Positions 11,906 to 23,918 of a DNA stretch of 64,000 bases are shown in pieces. This DNA is from Picochlorum sp. SENEW3. Lineage: Eukaryota. The notes beneath the pieces were generated by a model. The model was given only the letters and a program-made list of their open reading frames with translations. It was not told the origin of the DNA and searched no databases. The stretch covers positions 1-64,000 of the forward strand of contig CP120457.1 of the NCBI GenBank assembly GCA_034226945.1, read 5' to 3'. The translations under genes were made by a program, and so were the position numbers. The first letter of the stretch is position 1. Every line of letters begins with the position of its first letter.

Positions 11906-12768
11906 ATGTCGACTGAACAGAGGCTCAGTCTGAGCCTGGACTCTTTGATCCAACAGCAGCGAAAAGACCAAAGAAGGGTGCGTTCATGATCAACGTATTA
12001 TGTCAAGGTGGGAAACGATGTGCGTATCCAGCGCTGGTGTTGGTACTACTGCAGGGCCGTGGGTCCAGCACTGCTCGACGCAAAAGTGGAGGGAGCACTC
12101 AGCAGCACCGAGGACGCCATGTTCATGCGAGGGGCAGAGGAGGAGGAGGAGGAGGAGGAGGAGGCGGGAAATCTTTTGCTTCGATGCCGAGTAAAGGAAT
12201 GGTTCGTAAACGACAGGGGAAGGGAGGGAAGAAGGTAGACCCAAGTTCCCTCTCCTTCACTGTGAGAGTGGACGCCCACAGGGAGCCAAAAGTGTCAGAA
12301 GAGGACAGACAAGAACGGAAGGGCAAACTAGAAGGAAATGATAGGTGGGACCATGGGGGTTTCCACTCGATGGAGCGGCTGGAGCACGGTGACCCGAAGG
12401 AGCCATCTCGTCATGGAACAAAGCTCTTCATCTCAAACTTGCACGAAAAGGTCAGCACTGTCGATATTCGAGATTTGTTCCGACCAATAGGTCCTCTGGT
12501 TGCATACCAGGTACACTACGATAGCAATGATATGAGCCAGGGAACAGCACATGTCATTTTTGAAAAGCGAGAGCATGCCGAAGAGGGTTTGGAGAAATAC
12601 AATGGCGTCCTGCTCGACGACATGCCCATGAACATTGAGCTAATAAAGAAGAGACCAGCTTTATCAGGAAAGCTAACTGGGCGCCCGGGGAATATCACGA
12701 GGACGGGGGCGGGGGCTTCAACAGTGGCTTTTCAGAAGGCTTTGGCTGGAGCAACATGCATGGAATGA
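11906..12768 (+). CDS. ALY: ALY/REF (THO complex subunit 4)-like RRM mRNA export adaptor
   Basis: N-terminal LSLSLDSLI motif, intron 11978-12054, Gly/Arg-rich linker, RRM GTKLFISNL...VHYD...GTAHV.F...YNGVLLD. Confidence 0.82.
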
Positions 12769-12842
12769 TTCAAGGGGTCTCGCTTCAGTTGTCGAGCTGA
12801 CACGGTTCTAGGGTACTTATGTAAAAACAGACTAAAATCTTT

Positions 12843-13185
12843 ATGGTTCGATCGACTGCATTAAGCCTCTTATCGTCGGGACCGAAATGGTTGAACGTTC
12901 ACTCTGAGGCGATTTTGAGCCACTTCAGGCATGTGCGGGACGTGGACTCTCGGGATGCATACGAATTCTTAATTCATAAAATACACAGCAGACAGGTGCG
13001 TTGTTCTGGCACGCTTCGGGACAGTGGAAGGTTTGAGTGAGAACACCAACCACAGGTGCATTGGTCGACTGCAGGAACTTTTACTGTCCTACAACATCGG
13101 TCTTCCAGTGGACGTTCGTGAAAGGGATATGAACAAGCGAGCTGCCCAGCTGGTGGGTTTGAAGCTGCCCGAGAAAGCAGAATGA
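12843..13185 (+). CDS. FMC1: FMC1-like mitochondrial ATP synthase assembly factor (2 exons)
   Basis: Intron 12995-13074 gives DAYEFLIHKIHSRQ-ELLLSYNIG...KRAAQLVGLKLPE, matching the FMC1 C-terminal pattern. Confidence 0.68.
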
Positions 13186-13250
13186 ATTTCTACTGTTTAA
13201 AACATGTAAAATGTACATGTATTTCGATACATGTACAATGTATGTAAATA

Positions 13251-15065
13251 CTACGAGGCATTTGCCTGGCTCTGCGATGATAAATAAGTTCTGTGCATCA
13301 TCAATCGTAAATCACTGAAATCTCGCAGGCTTTGCTCTGAGGGTGGGGCTGGGCTCCTGATTTTATGCACTTCGTGAAATGGGCTAAACCTCTTCCGATT
13401 GGCGAGGACAAACCGCAACTTCCCTTCCTTGGTACCGTATGCCAACCCCCCTCCTGGGCATGGGTGGAATGCAGCTGCATTGATCTCGTCATCCGTCGAG
13501 GGAAGTGCCTGCGTGACCATCATGTCAGCCGTTCTGGCAATTTCCATGATCGTGTGCAGGGGAATCAATGAATTCTGCTGCGCGACGAGAGACCTCAACA
13601 AACTGCTGTGTTTCTTTCCATATGCTAGCAGAATGTGCTCGCCTGTTGGCGAGAACTGCACGCTTGTCAAACAGTGAGCTGCTCGGATTCTCTTGGCTTT
13701 GAGTGTCTTTCCAAAATCCAACCCATCCATTGCTATGATTCTGACTTCGAATACCACCCGTTCCGCGATAGGCATTGAAATTTGAGACTGCTGATCCCTT
13801 GTTGTTCCCACCAGCCTCTGGTTCTGGTGATCGGGGCTCCAGTCCATGGAGACTGGAATCTCTCGCAAAAAGCCAGCCTGAAATGATGACTGCATGTGGG
13901 CCCTGCACGCCATCGTGGCAGCCAAGTACCTTCCACATCGACTAAAGTCGACACCCATTTCTGAACAGAGAACAGCGTCTTGGATGGACAGCAGCAATTT
14001 GTCCCCCTCTAAATAATTGGCATGCTTGTGGGAATTGAAAGACCATATTCTCAGCCACACCCTCGGGGGTTGGTCTTCGCCAATGATGTTCCACAGCGAA
14101 TTATAGGTGGCAGCTGCAAGCTGCGCGCCTTGCCCCGGCTCTGGATCGTTGGATTGACCTGCATCTGATGGAGGGGGTGCCACGCCTGGAAGGTTCACTA
14201 CTGGTCGCACAGCACTTGGGAAAGGGACTTCCCATCCAAGCGGCACCATAGACGGCGGTAATACCGAAAGAGAGCCACTGCCTGGGTTTGTCGCGTCCAT
14301 TATCTCCTCTGGTTCGACAACAGGCCTCTCCATCCACATGGTGCTGGTGGTCACCGAGCTGGGGTCATCCTCAGAAGCAACGCCTGCATTTGATTTCCCC
14401 ACACCGCAGAATGGGCCTTGGTCAGTCAAGGTCACAGGAAGATGTCGTGTCTCTGATGGATCCATGACCTCCGCCGTGAGCACCACAGGAAGACCATGCG
14501 GGTGAAAATGCACTGCCCTCATTGATCTCCTCGTCTTGAGCACAATTTCTGGTTTGCTCCCCTGCTGCTTGTAATCCCACATGTATAATTTATGACCGCA
14601 CGCAATCGCAAGAACATCGCTTTCGTAATGGAATGATAGAGACGCTATCGGCTTTCCAAACGTGTACTTCCTGAGGCACTCCCCAGTCTCTGCATTCCAC
14701 AGCCTGACCTCGTGATCTAAAGACCCGGATGCTAGTATGTACCGCTCTCTGGGATGAAATCTGACAACCCAAGGGGTTCTTCTATGGCCCGTCAACGACT
14801 TCGTGACAGACTCACCGTCGCAGGACGTGATTTTGACGGTGTGGTCACCATGGGTCGAGGCCAACAAGGTACCGTCGCAGTTGTACGACAATGCAATGGT
14901 AGACCTTGGGGCTGGATTGAATGCTACATACTTTGCTTCGCAATATTCCAAGAAGTCCGACTCGGACCACGAGCGAATGTCTGCTTCGATGCCTGCATTG
15001 CCGGTACGAGGTACGCAGGTCTTTCGAGCACCTGTTTCCCTCTGTTGCAGCAACTCAGTCAACAT
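13251..15065 (-). CDS. AMBRA1-like WD40/DCAF protein
   Basis: RSTIA...LASTHGDHTVKI...GHRRTPWVVRFHP...LASGSLDHEVRLW; C-terminal GGGLAYGTKEGKLR. Confidence 0.88.
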   Translation of the reverse strand: MLTELLQQRETGARKTCVPRTGNAGIEADIRSWSESDFLEYCEAKYVAFNPAPRSTIALSYNCDGTLLASTHGDHTVKITSCDGESVTKSLTGHRRTPWVVRFHPRERYILASGSLDHEVRLWNAETGECLRKYTFGKPIASLSFHYESDVLAIACGHKLYMWDYKQQGSKPEIVLKTRRSMRAVHFHPHGLPVVLTAEVMDPSETRHLPVTLTDQGPFCGVGKSNAGVASEDDPSSVTTSTMWMERPVVEPEEIMDATNPGSGSLSVLPPSMVPLGWEVPFPSAVRPVVNLPGVAPPPSDAGQSNDPEPGQGAQLAAATYNSLWNIIGEDQPPRVWLRIWSFNSHKHANYLEGDKLLLSIQDAVLCSEMGVDFSRCGRYLAATMACRAHMQSSFQAGFLREIPVSMDWSPDHQNQRLVGTTRDQQSQISMPIAERVVFEVRIIAMDGLDFGKTLKAKRIRAAHCLTSVQFSPTGEHILLAYGKKHSSLLRSLVAQQNSLIPLHTIMEIARTADMMVTQALPSTDDEINAAAFHPCPGGGLAYGTKEGKLRFVLANRKRFSPFHEVHKIRSPAPPSEQSLRDFSDLRLMMHRTYLSSQSQANAS

Positions 15066-15353
15066 CACTGTATTTGCTATACTATATTTTCTGGACAGTC
15101 ATCGACGTGCAGTCACCGCACAGACTGAAACCAAGTGTACGACCTCGGAAACACAAAAGTACAGGGTTCCTCTGCTCTCTCCGCAACCTTCACTGTACAC
15201 GCATCTACCTTAACTTATAATTTATCTAAATCTACCCTCTGTGAATGGGAACTTTATCTGGAGTTGGATCCTCATCCTCATCTGCCTCTCTCACATTGGT
15301 ACATGGGGCACTCGAGACCCGGAAAGCGGTCCTAAAGAAATTGATACGATACC

Positions 15354-17163
15354 ATGTTGGACCAATTTAGCATATTCACCAGAGGTGGTATTCTTCTCTG
15401 GTCGAAAACGTTTGCTCCCGTCAAGGGGGATCCTTTGAACGCTCTGATCAGGACCTGCCTGCTGGAGGATCGAACTGGTGAGGCATCCTTTTCGTATGTA
15501 TCGTCGTTAGGAGGATCATATACCATAAAATGGGCTCTCAATAATAAATTGGGACTCGTGTATGCTGCTATCTATCAGAAAAACTTGAAAATTGGCTATG
15601 TTGAGAGCTTGTTGCAAAAAGTGGACCGGGCTTTTTCAAAAGAGTACGCAGACGAAAAGAATGTCCCTATTGGTTTCGAAGACTCGTTCATGGTCCTTTT
15701 AGAGGACGCTGAAAGAGAGAAGAAGGAGGCTGCGTTCCAGCCCAAGAAAGGCAAGCAGGAGGAGCAACAGAGGCAGCAAGAAAACGAGGCGGCTGACACT
15801 GGGGCAGAGGAGGAGCTTGTAGATGAAGTCGAAATAGGCAAGGCAGGGGAAGGTGAAGACGGCCCTGCTTTTAATGCAGAGGTACTCAAGAAGAAGATGT
15901 TGGGGAAGAAGGGTGGTGCTCCCACAATTCAGCCAAAGAAGGGTGATGCAAAGAAGAAGGGGAAAAAGGCTCGCCAATGGAATGACTTTGGTATTGAGCA
16001 GAGCGTTCCTGAAACGAATTTGGATTTCACAGAGGGCGCACCCCCAGAGGAGGCAACCATGCAGCAGCAGGTGGAAAGTTTCCAGCAGATGAGCCTCATG
16101 GACGTCGAGGAAGAGGTGAGCGATGTCGAGTTGGAAGAGGACGAACCTAGTGGGGGCAAATCATCGAGCCTTCTTTCCTCTTTTGTGCGAAATATAGGGG
16201 TGAACGTGATGGGGACCCAGGCGTTGTCGAGAGAGGATATCGATCCATCTCTGCAAGATCTCAAGAAGAAACTTATGGAGCGAAATGTGGCTGAAGAAAT
16301 AGCTAACAAGTGCGTAATTATATCGAAAAATTGTGTGTAGAACCTTGAGTAATCTTGATGTTTTCTGCAGGTTGATCGAGTCTGTAGCAGCCTCTTTGGT
16401 GGGGCAGAAATTGAGTTCGTTCACGAGGGTCTCCTCTGCGGTAAGAAAGTCCGTTGAAGAAGCTCTTGTCCGAATATTGACCCCCAAAAAGTCGATCGAT
16501 ATTCTTCGAGGCGTGAAAGAATCGAAAGCGAGGGGGAAACCTTACGTTATCGTGTTTGTGGGAGTAAATGGTGTGGGCAAGTCAACAAACTTGTCAAAAG
16601 TTGCATACTGGCTCCTTCAAAATCATCACAAAGTCATGATTGCAGCATGCGATACCTTTCGCTCTGGAGCTGTTGAGCAATTGAAAACCCATTGTACTAG
16701 GTTGGGGGTCTCGTTGTACGAAAGAGGCTATGAGAAGGACCCTGCCAAAGTTGCATTTGAGGCCACCAAGGCTGCACAGCGGGAAGGCTGTGACGTCGTT
16801 CTCGTGGATACTGCTGGAAGGATGCAAGACAATGAGCCTCTTATGCGTGCGTTGTCGAACTTGATCAGCTTCAACTCTCCGGACTTGGTCCTGTTCGTTG
16901 GGGAAGCTTTGGTAGGCAATGATGCAGTGGACCAGTTGACCAAGTTTAATAAGAGGTTGGCTGATCTTGCCTCTGACCCGGATCCCCATCTGATCGATGG
17001 CATTGTTCTGACGAAATTTGATACCATTGATGAGAAGGTTGGAGCCGCATTGTCCATGGTGTACACCAGCGGGGCCCCCATTGTGTTTGTTGGGTGCGGC
17101 CAGACATACGTAGATTTGAAGCGGCTAAACGTCAAATCAGTCGTCAACAGCCTCCTAAAATAA
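15354..17163 (+). CDS. SRPRA: Signal recognition particle receptor alpha subunit
   Basis: N-terminal SRX domain ([16 protein letters not shown]), intron 16310-16370, GTPase motifs [18 protein letters not shown]. Confidence 0.97.
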
Positions 17164-17319
17164 AAATGAATAAATTAATAACGAACGAGTTTTGAAAAAA
17201 TGAGGGAAAACACGTACACCTGTATTTATTGTTTGAAAAGTTAAACAGGCTGGATGCCCTGCAGGGCATCCAGCTGGATGATTCAAGAAAAGAAAACGTT
17301 TTTGATATCTATCTAAACT

Positions 17320-18435
17320 ATGGACAGATATTTGATAGCCGTTCATGTCGGAGCTGGGCATCACAGCAGGCGAAAGGAGGTTGGGTACAAAGCAGTCATG
17401 GCTCGGGCTTGCGATGTGGCTGCCCGTTGTTTGGAGGGAGGAGGTGGGCTTTTGGATTCTGTGAGTGCTGCAATTTCAGTTCTTGAAGATTCGCCCTTGA
17501 CAAATGCGGGGAATGGATCAAATTTGAACATGTGTGGGTGTGTTGAGTGTGATGCCAGCATCATGACGGACTTGGGCTTGTGCGGGTCAGTTGCCGCAGC
17601 AGCTGGGTTGGAAAATCCCATCAAAGTGGCTGCAGCGTTAGCCTCTCGAAGCCAAGAGGGACTCTCGCTGGGGAGAGTGCCTCCAATCATGCTGGCTGGT
17701 GACGGTGCCAGGCTCTGGGCGACACAGCATGGGGTGCAGCCCCTGGTTCAGGAGTCGAGATTACGACAAATGCACGTGACCAAATCGTCCCGTGAAAAGT
17801 TTGAGAAGTACATGGCACTGATTGCTGACCATGAGGCCTCAGAGCTGCCACCGAGAGAAGAGAATGTGCTTCTGGACACTGTCGGCTGTGTTGTCGTTGA
17901 TTCTCAGGGGCGTGTAGCCGCGGGTGTGAGCAGCGGTGGTATAGCAATGAAGGTCCCCGGGAGGGTGGGGGAAGCTTCCATCCTGGGGGCCGGAACTTGG
18001 GCCTCTTGCGATGGCAAAGGCACATCCGTGGGGTGCTCTGTGACTGGTGTCGGTGAGAGAATAACAAAGCATCTGATTGCGAAATGCTGCTGCGATTGTG
18101 TGCTGACTAGTAGAACGGAAGAAAGTGACGATATGAAGTCTTCATTTTGTGGCGAGGTGTCTAAATTGTTGGACGTAACCATGTCACAAGAGCCTTTCCC
18201 CAAGGACTGTGGTGTCCTGCTGGCAGAGTCGTGCAAAGTAAATGGGTCCGTAGGAGTAACTTTGAACGCAAGTTTTACAGCGTCTTCGTCATTTGGAATC
18301 GGATACCTTATCAGCCGAGGGAAAGGCGAAAAATGCCGAGATGAGCGAATTTTGCGTTCCGCTCAGCCAATTGTAGGCATCTCCAGGAGAAGTGCGTCAG
18401 AGTTTCAAATCGGAGCCACCTTTCTTCCCTCTTGA
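17320..18435 (+). CDS. TASP1: Taspase-1 (threonine aspartase; type-2 asparaginase/Ntn hydrolase)
   Basis: IAVHVGAG, LEDSPLTNAG.GSNL, ECDASIM, D-TVG autocleavage site, VSSGG, GRVG, TGVGE. Confidence 0.88.
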   Translation: MDRYLIAVHVGAGHHSRRKEVGYKAVMARACDVAARCLEGGGGLLDSVSAAISVLEDSPLTNAGNGSNLNMCGCVECDASIMTDLGLCGSVAAAAGLENPIKVAAALASRSQEGLSLGRVPPIMLAGDGARLWATQHGVQPLVQESRLRQMHVTKSSREKFEKYMALIADHEASELPPREENVLLDTVGCVVVDSQGRVAAGVSSGGIAMKVPGRVGEASILGAGTWASCDGKGTSVGCSVTGVGERITKHLIAKCCCDCVLTSRTEESDDMKSSFCGEVSKLLDVTMSQEPFPKDCGVLLAESCKVNGSVGVTLNASFTASSSFGIGYLISRGKGEKCRDERILRSAQPIVGISRRSASEFQIGATFLPS

Positions 18436-18486
18436 ATGAATGAATGATTACAATTGCAATTCGAATACATACCCTGTATGCATTTC

Positions 18487-19581
18487 TTATTTTTTCATCC
18501 TTAAAATCAGCTGGATAATATCTCCAAAAACTCCTGCTGCTGTCACATCTGGCCCAGCACCAGGTCCGTTCACTTTCAAGGGGGGTTCGTCGTATCGGCC
18601 AGTCCTGAACGAGACAATGTTTTCTGTACCAGAGAGATTCGAGAATGGGTGATCGCTCGAGAAACGTCGCAAAACTGCCTCGCACTTGTTTGCTACTGCA
18701 TCATACTTGCCAACAAACCTCAACACACTCCCTTGTTTTGCGGCGTCCTTGATTTCTCCATCAAGATCGGCACTGTGCTCCGCCAACCTGTCCAGAAAAT
18801 CCTCGACTGAAATAGAGGCATCTCTCAATGCTTCGGGTACGAGAGACTGAGTGGCGACATCAGACAGTTCCATCTCGCACCCACATTCTCGTGCCAGAAT
18901 AAGAATTTTTCTGGCGACATCCATTCCCGACAAATCATCTCGTGGATCGGGCTCAGTGTATCCTGCATTTTGGGCACTTCGAACTACGTCCGCGAAGCTA
19001 TCTGTGGCACCAAGATTGTTGAAAATGTATGACAATGTTCCAGAAAACACCCCCTCGATGGTCCTAATCTGATCACCAGTGTCAAGGAGAGTCTTGAGAG
19101 AAGATATGACAGGCAGCCCAGCTCCAACAGTGCCTTCGTAAAAGAACTGGGCATTAGATTGTTTCTGAATGAATGTGAGGTCTCTGTACCGTGGAAAAGG
19201 GCCAGATACAAATTTTTTGTTAGGTGTGACTATGTGCACCCCTCCTGCAGCCCAGGTGCTGTACAGTGCTGGAGCCTCGTCCCCAGCGGTACAGTCTACA
19301 ACCGCGACGTGATCGGTATCTAAAGATTTCAGGTGACTACCAAACCTGTCCAACGAGACTGGCGTGTGGCTCTCATCAAGCTGCTGCTTCCAACTGCCCA
19401 GCTGGAGGGCTTCCTGACCCAGAACCATTTTGCGGCTATTGGCAATCGCATACACCCGGATGTCGATTGCATATTTTTCAATAAGTTTGTGCGCATGTGT
19501 TTCGATTTGTTCCAACAAAACGGATCCAACTGTTCCAGGCCCGATCAAACCGAGGCCGAGAGTTGTGACTTTTTGGCTCAT
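18487..19581 (-). CDS. Monofunctional homoserine dehydrogenase
   Basis: GPGTVG Rossmann motif, VTPNKK, EGTVGAGLP, GYTEPDPRDDLSGMDVARK, GPGAGPDVTAAGV. Confidence 0.95.
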   Translation of the reverse strand: MSQKVTTLGLGLIGPGTVGSVLLEQIETHAHKLIEKYAIDIRVYAIANSRKMVLGQEALQLGSWKQQLDESHTPVSLDRFGSHLKSLDTDHVAVVDCTAGDEAPALYSTWAAGGVHIVTPNKKFVSGPFPRYRDLTFIQKQSNAQFFYEGTVGAGLPVISSLKTLLDTGDQIRTIEGVFSGTLSYIFNNLGATDSFADVVRSAQNAGYTEPDPRDDLSGMDVARKILILARECGCEMELSDVATQSLVPEALRDASISVEDFLDRLAEHSADLDGEIKDAAKQGSVLRFVGKYDAVANKCEAVLRRFSSDHPFSNLSGTENIVSFRTGRYDEPPLKVNGPGAGPDVTAAGVFGDIIQLILRMKK

Positions 19582-19623
19582 GGGTACAGGAGAATGTATG
19601 TACGCAGTTTTCTATTTTACATT

Positions 19624-21808
19624 CTATTGCATTGATGCACTACCTCCCTTCTGTGTGATATCGTACAATCGTTGAACTTCGGGTACCTTGGCGAAAATCT
19701 CTTCTGGGCGCTGTGGGGAGATCATTAGCAGGGAGCAAGCTCTCTGAACAAATTCCTTGATGTCGAGGGACAACTGCATCTCTACCAGTTGGTCTGTCGA
19801 TAGACTTGTGGAATCTTCTGCTGCAGTTGGCAGGTTCTTTCGTGACTTGAGCTTCTTTAGTGATTCCTCGGTCTTGTGAGCAGTCTCAAGGGTCTCCTTG
19901 GCCACCTCAGAGAAGCGTCTTGAAACTTTGTCAATCACCTGGATGCAGAATTTTTCTGTATTTTCTTCGCTCGAACTCACCATTTCTGATTTAAATTGTT
20001 CAAGTGGCTTCAATATCATCGTGGAGTATTGCGCTGCCGCAGTAGGAACCCTGGCTGTCATGCGGAAGGCGGCGACAATACCTCGTATCTGTCCCAAGAA
20101 CTCTGCACATCTTGCAGCAATGTGGGTGCTGCTCACATCAAGGAGGCCATCAGCATACACGCGAAGATTGGCTTCCGATTCTTTGAAGGCTTCTTCCACC
20201 AAATCGGCAGCCTTGAAGTTCCCAAGCTTGGAACGCACTTGCTGCGCGATGATTGATGCCATTGGTGTGGCACAGATTGATCCACACAGCAGGGCCATGC
20301 ATTTCGGTGCGGAAGCAGGGAGCGCGTGTTCCTCTGCAGATGCATATTCTATAATTCTTTCGACCCATGTAGCGAATCTCGATACTATTTGGAGTTGAAG
20401 GCGCACTAACTTGTCGGCTACTGGGAGGATGAATGTGGCATCACTGAGGCATTCCTCCATGGACGCAATGCAATCTTTGATGCACGTAGACCACACTGAA
20501 TTTTCTTTCTCACAACTATCAAATGCATCTCTACAACTTGGGAGCTTGCTTTCATACGTCGAAGCAATGTCCTGGAAGCAGAGAGAAAAGTATGCGGCAA
20601 AATTCCATCGTGCCTTGTTGGACTGGAAGGATTGAGAGCACCGGAATCTTGCAACTTGTGAGGCAGTGAGGCACAAACTCTCGAGATCTCCAATGAATGC
20701 TTCCATTGATCTATATGTTTGCTGAAAATCTTTTGGGTTTCCCGGAGAGTACATGGTTGGGTGACGAGACTCGACTGCCCTCACCACCTCGGGAAAGACA
20801 GCCTGGCCTGGGAAGTCGTATGGCAGAGAAGAGCTGCTCGTCGAGATAGCAACTTCCAAAAACTGCCATACTTCCTGCTTGAGAGACCTCTGTATTCTTT
20901 CCAAGCTATCTGATGGCGTGTTCGAACTCTGTACGTCGAGGGAAGAGGCACAGCAAGGTGCAATGACGCAATCTCTAATGATTCCTTCTGCAGTTGTGGA
21001 GCTCCCAATGGTGGAGTAAGCATGCAAGAGAGTTGCCAGAGAGGTCGGATCTTGTTCCTTTAGAACTTGAACAAGCGCATTCTCCAGTTTATTCTCAACA
21101 ATGCATTTTATCGAAGCAACCTGACCTTCCATGTTCCTGATTATCTGCATGTGCTTGCTGTCCTGCAAGAGGTACAGCAGCCTCCCCATCTCACTGCATA
21201 TCCTATCAAGGCTCTTGCACAGAGCCTCGTGGGACAGCAGCCCCGCCCTTGCTTTGGCTGTGGTTGTATCTTCCTCAAGAGACTGAACAAGCTTTTGGAC
21301 GTTCGACAAAGATTGAGCTGCTGCGTTGGCCAATTCTAGAGACGCCTTGAGCTCTGCCACATTATGGCGACGCTGTAGGGTCTCCTTCAGTGCAGTCGAG
21401 TGGCTCATCAGACCATGCCTAACACTTTCAATCTCCGATTTCGCTGCAAGAATGGGCTCTTCCAATCCTGAAATCGCGGCATCTACATTCACCAGTTTGG
21501 TCGACAAAGCTGCAAATTCGTCATAGTCCTCGTTCACCAACACGACCAGTTTGCCCCGCATCTCCTCCGCGTACTCCAGCAGCTTGGACCGCAGGGTTTC
21601 CAGAGGTATCTGTAAAAGTAATTTGTAAATAAATCATCCAATCAGATGGCCTCCATCAACAAGCATCAGTAGAGTGCAGGGAACGTACGTATCGCTTGAG
21701 ATCGTCGACATAGTCCTCGCTGTTGAAATTCTCTCCTTCAAATTTCGACTCTTCAAACCATATCGGAGAGACACTGGGAGCATTCCAGTTCTGAATCGTC
21801 TGCTGCAT
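19624..21808 (-). CDS. COG2: Conserved oligomeric Golgi complex subunit 2
   Basis: Exon 1 WFEESKF..FNSEDYVDDLKRY, intron ~21688-21610, LVNEDYDEFAALSTKL, WNFAAYF, TEESLKKLK. Confidence 0.9.
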
Positions 21809-22066
21809 CCTGCGATAAAAAAAATTGACGGAATTGAAAATGAAGCCACTAGGCTCATCAGGGAATCACTAGAGCAAGAGAAGACGAAGGAGAAACTGGC
21901 TGGATGCAGGCCCACTGACAAAATTCACTTTGTTTTCATCGACTTCATAGTTTCGTTGGATTGTAGAAGGGGAGAGAGATTTGGGCCCACAGCGCTGCAC
22001 TCGGCTTCTCTTTTCTCATACCCTAACTAGCAACACACCACAAAAGTAGGTATAGAGACTGGGATC

Positions 22067-23284
22067 ATGCTACGATTGCATTCCTGGATATCCAGAAGGG
22101 CCAGATCTGGTGTATGGCTGACGGACTTTGCGCCACTATTTCGTGGGGATGGTGACAATCTGCTTGGAAGAGCGTACACAGGCACAGCACAGCAAGGCAC
22201 GCCAGATGAAATGCATCAGTTCGCACAGAAGGGTCTTCCCCTTGGCAGTATCCTTGAAATCGACTGTGGAGATGCCAGGGTCGATGTCGAAACCAGGGCG
22301 GGCGGGGTGGAGGACATTGGGATCCAGCTTAGTGTGTGGCAACCACATGCCATGCAAGGGGCAATCACCCACTCCTTTCAACATGCAGTCGAGGGCGGGG
22401 ACTCAGTCCCAAGATGTACACTTAGGCTCAATACCCCCCGCAAAGGGGTGGTGGGTAAACTGGTGGCGACTATACCTCCCAGGTACTGTGGAGTTGATAT
22501 TTCCACAAGAGGGTCAATCACAGTCAATGGAGCCATTAAAGAGGCTGAACAGGTATCACTTCGAACTAGGGACGGCTCCCTGTCCTGTACATCCGCCATC
22601 TCTGCAAAGGAGATCGAATTGACGACGGAAGGCGGCCCTCTTGCCACGTCGCACCTGATGGCAAATAGATGCATCATAACTTCCTCAAGCAGCAAATCAC
22701 ACAGTGGAGCCATTCGCATCTCGGGAAGGACTGCCTGCCTCGATCTTACAATTGATGCTGGATGTGCAGATATCGATGCCGCATCAATCATATCGAATTA
22801 CTCGAAAATACTAGGCAGCAATCTGGTTATTAAAAATTTGAATGCCCTGGAAGGAAAGTCCCAACTCGTCATGGCTGGTTCTCACCTTGACGTTGGAGGA
22901 CTGGACGGCTCAGTTAAAATTGACGCGAGAAACAGTTCAAATGGGTCTACTATTAAGGTGCAAGTGAATGAAAATGGGAGAGCTCTTAGTATTCAAGGAA
23001 ATGGGGAGACAAATGTATGTATTCTGGCCACCCCACAATTGGAGCTGGAGTTGCAAACATCCGCTCCGTGCGTCTTGCAGACGGTGTCAGATCCGGAACT
23101 ACCACGGAAAATGGAATCAGGATCTGTAGTCCTCCCTGCAATCCACCCAGTAGGAACGGAGGCTGCCGCGAATAACGCCTGTCGCATCGAGGTTTGTGAT
23201 TCCGCAAAAGTTACCGTCGAGAGGCAGTCCTGGATTGACTCTTTCATCAAGAGATTTGACGATATCAAAAGTAAAGGCAAATGA
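22067..23284 (+). CDS. Hypothetical protein, beta-strand repeat (DUF4097/FAM185A-like), possibly mitochondrial
   Basis: 405-aa ORF; Arg-rich presequence-like start; repeated xxT.GG/G.I.. beta motifs. Confidence 0.55.
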   Translation: MLRLHSWISRRARSGVWLTDFAPLFRGDGDNLLGRAYTGTAQQGTPDEMHQFAQKGLPLGSILEIDCGDARVDVETRAGGVEDIGIQLSVWQPHAMQGAITHSFQHAVEGGDSVPRCTLRLNTPRKGVVGKLVATIPPRYCGVDISTRGSITVNGAIKEAEQVSLRTRDGSLSCTSAISAKEIELTTEGGPLATSHLMANRCIITSSSSKSHSGAIRISGRTACLDLTIDAGCADIDAASIISNYSKILGSNLVIKNLNALEGKSQLVMAGSHLDVGGLDGSVKIDARNSSNGSTIKVQVNENGRALSIQGNGETNVCILATPQLELELQTSAPCVLQTVSDPELPRKMESGSVVLPAIHPVGTEAAANNACRIEVCDSAKVTVERQSWIDSFIKRFDDIKSKGK

Positions 23285-23918
23285 CTGAATTCTCTCTGTC
23301 CATTTCATATCGGTGGTGGCACGGGTCACCTCTGTTGCCTTGGCCTGTCGTCTCGAAGGCTGGATGGAATGGGGATTCACCTGTAAATGGCTGTCAACGT
23401 CTGCGGGGTGTATGTTGTCCAAGAACAGCTCAACTGCAAAAATAATTGATTCATATTCGTTCAATAAGGAAAATTTCAGTCTGATACCTTGGACAGAACT
23501 GGGCATTCTTCACTCTGCGCCAGTACGCCGAGTCTGTAGTCGGAAAATTGCGTATCTTCTCGCGGCATCAAAACGCGAAGAGACCCGACCATAACCGAAT
23601 AATAATATATTAGAACGTCGTCGTGAGGTAAATCGGCTGCCAATTTGATCACCTCAGGTATTGAATTAGTTGCCTAATTGTTCGTGACCGGGGACGAGTG
23701 CACGCGTGGAACGCAAAAAACACGCTCGGTACGTTGGGGGTTGGTATGGTGGCCATAATATCTTTGAGTCTTATATTTCTATACGCTGGTGAGTAACAAG
23801 GGCTCTTTTACCGCGTCCCGGGGGGTAACGTGGTACAGCCCGTACTGTGTAGGGCAGGCATACAGGGCGACTGTAGAGAAAGACGACACATTATCAAAGG
23901 CTTTCTACTTTTGTGCAG

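Noticed and set aside
23290..23600. Possible small spliced minus-strand gene
   Set aside because: Splice-like sites exist, but the predicted ~53-aa product has no recognisable similarity; unsupported.
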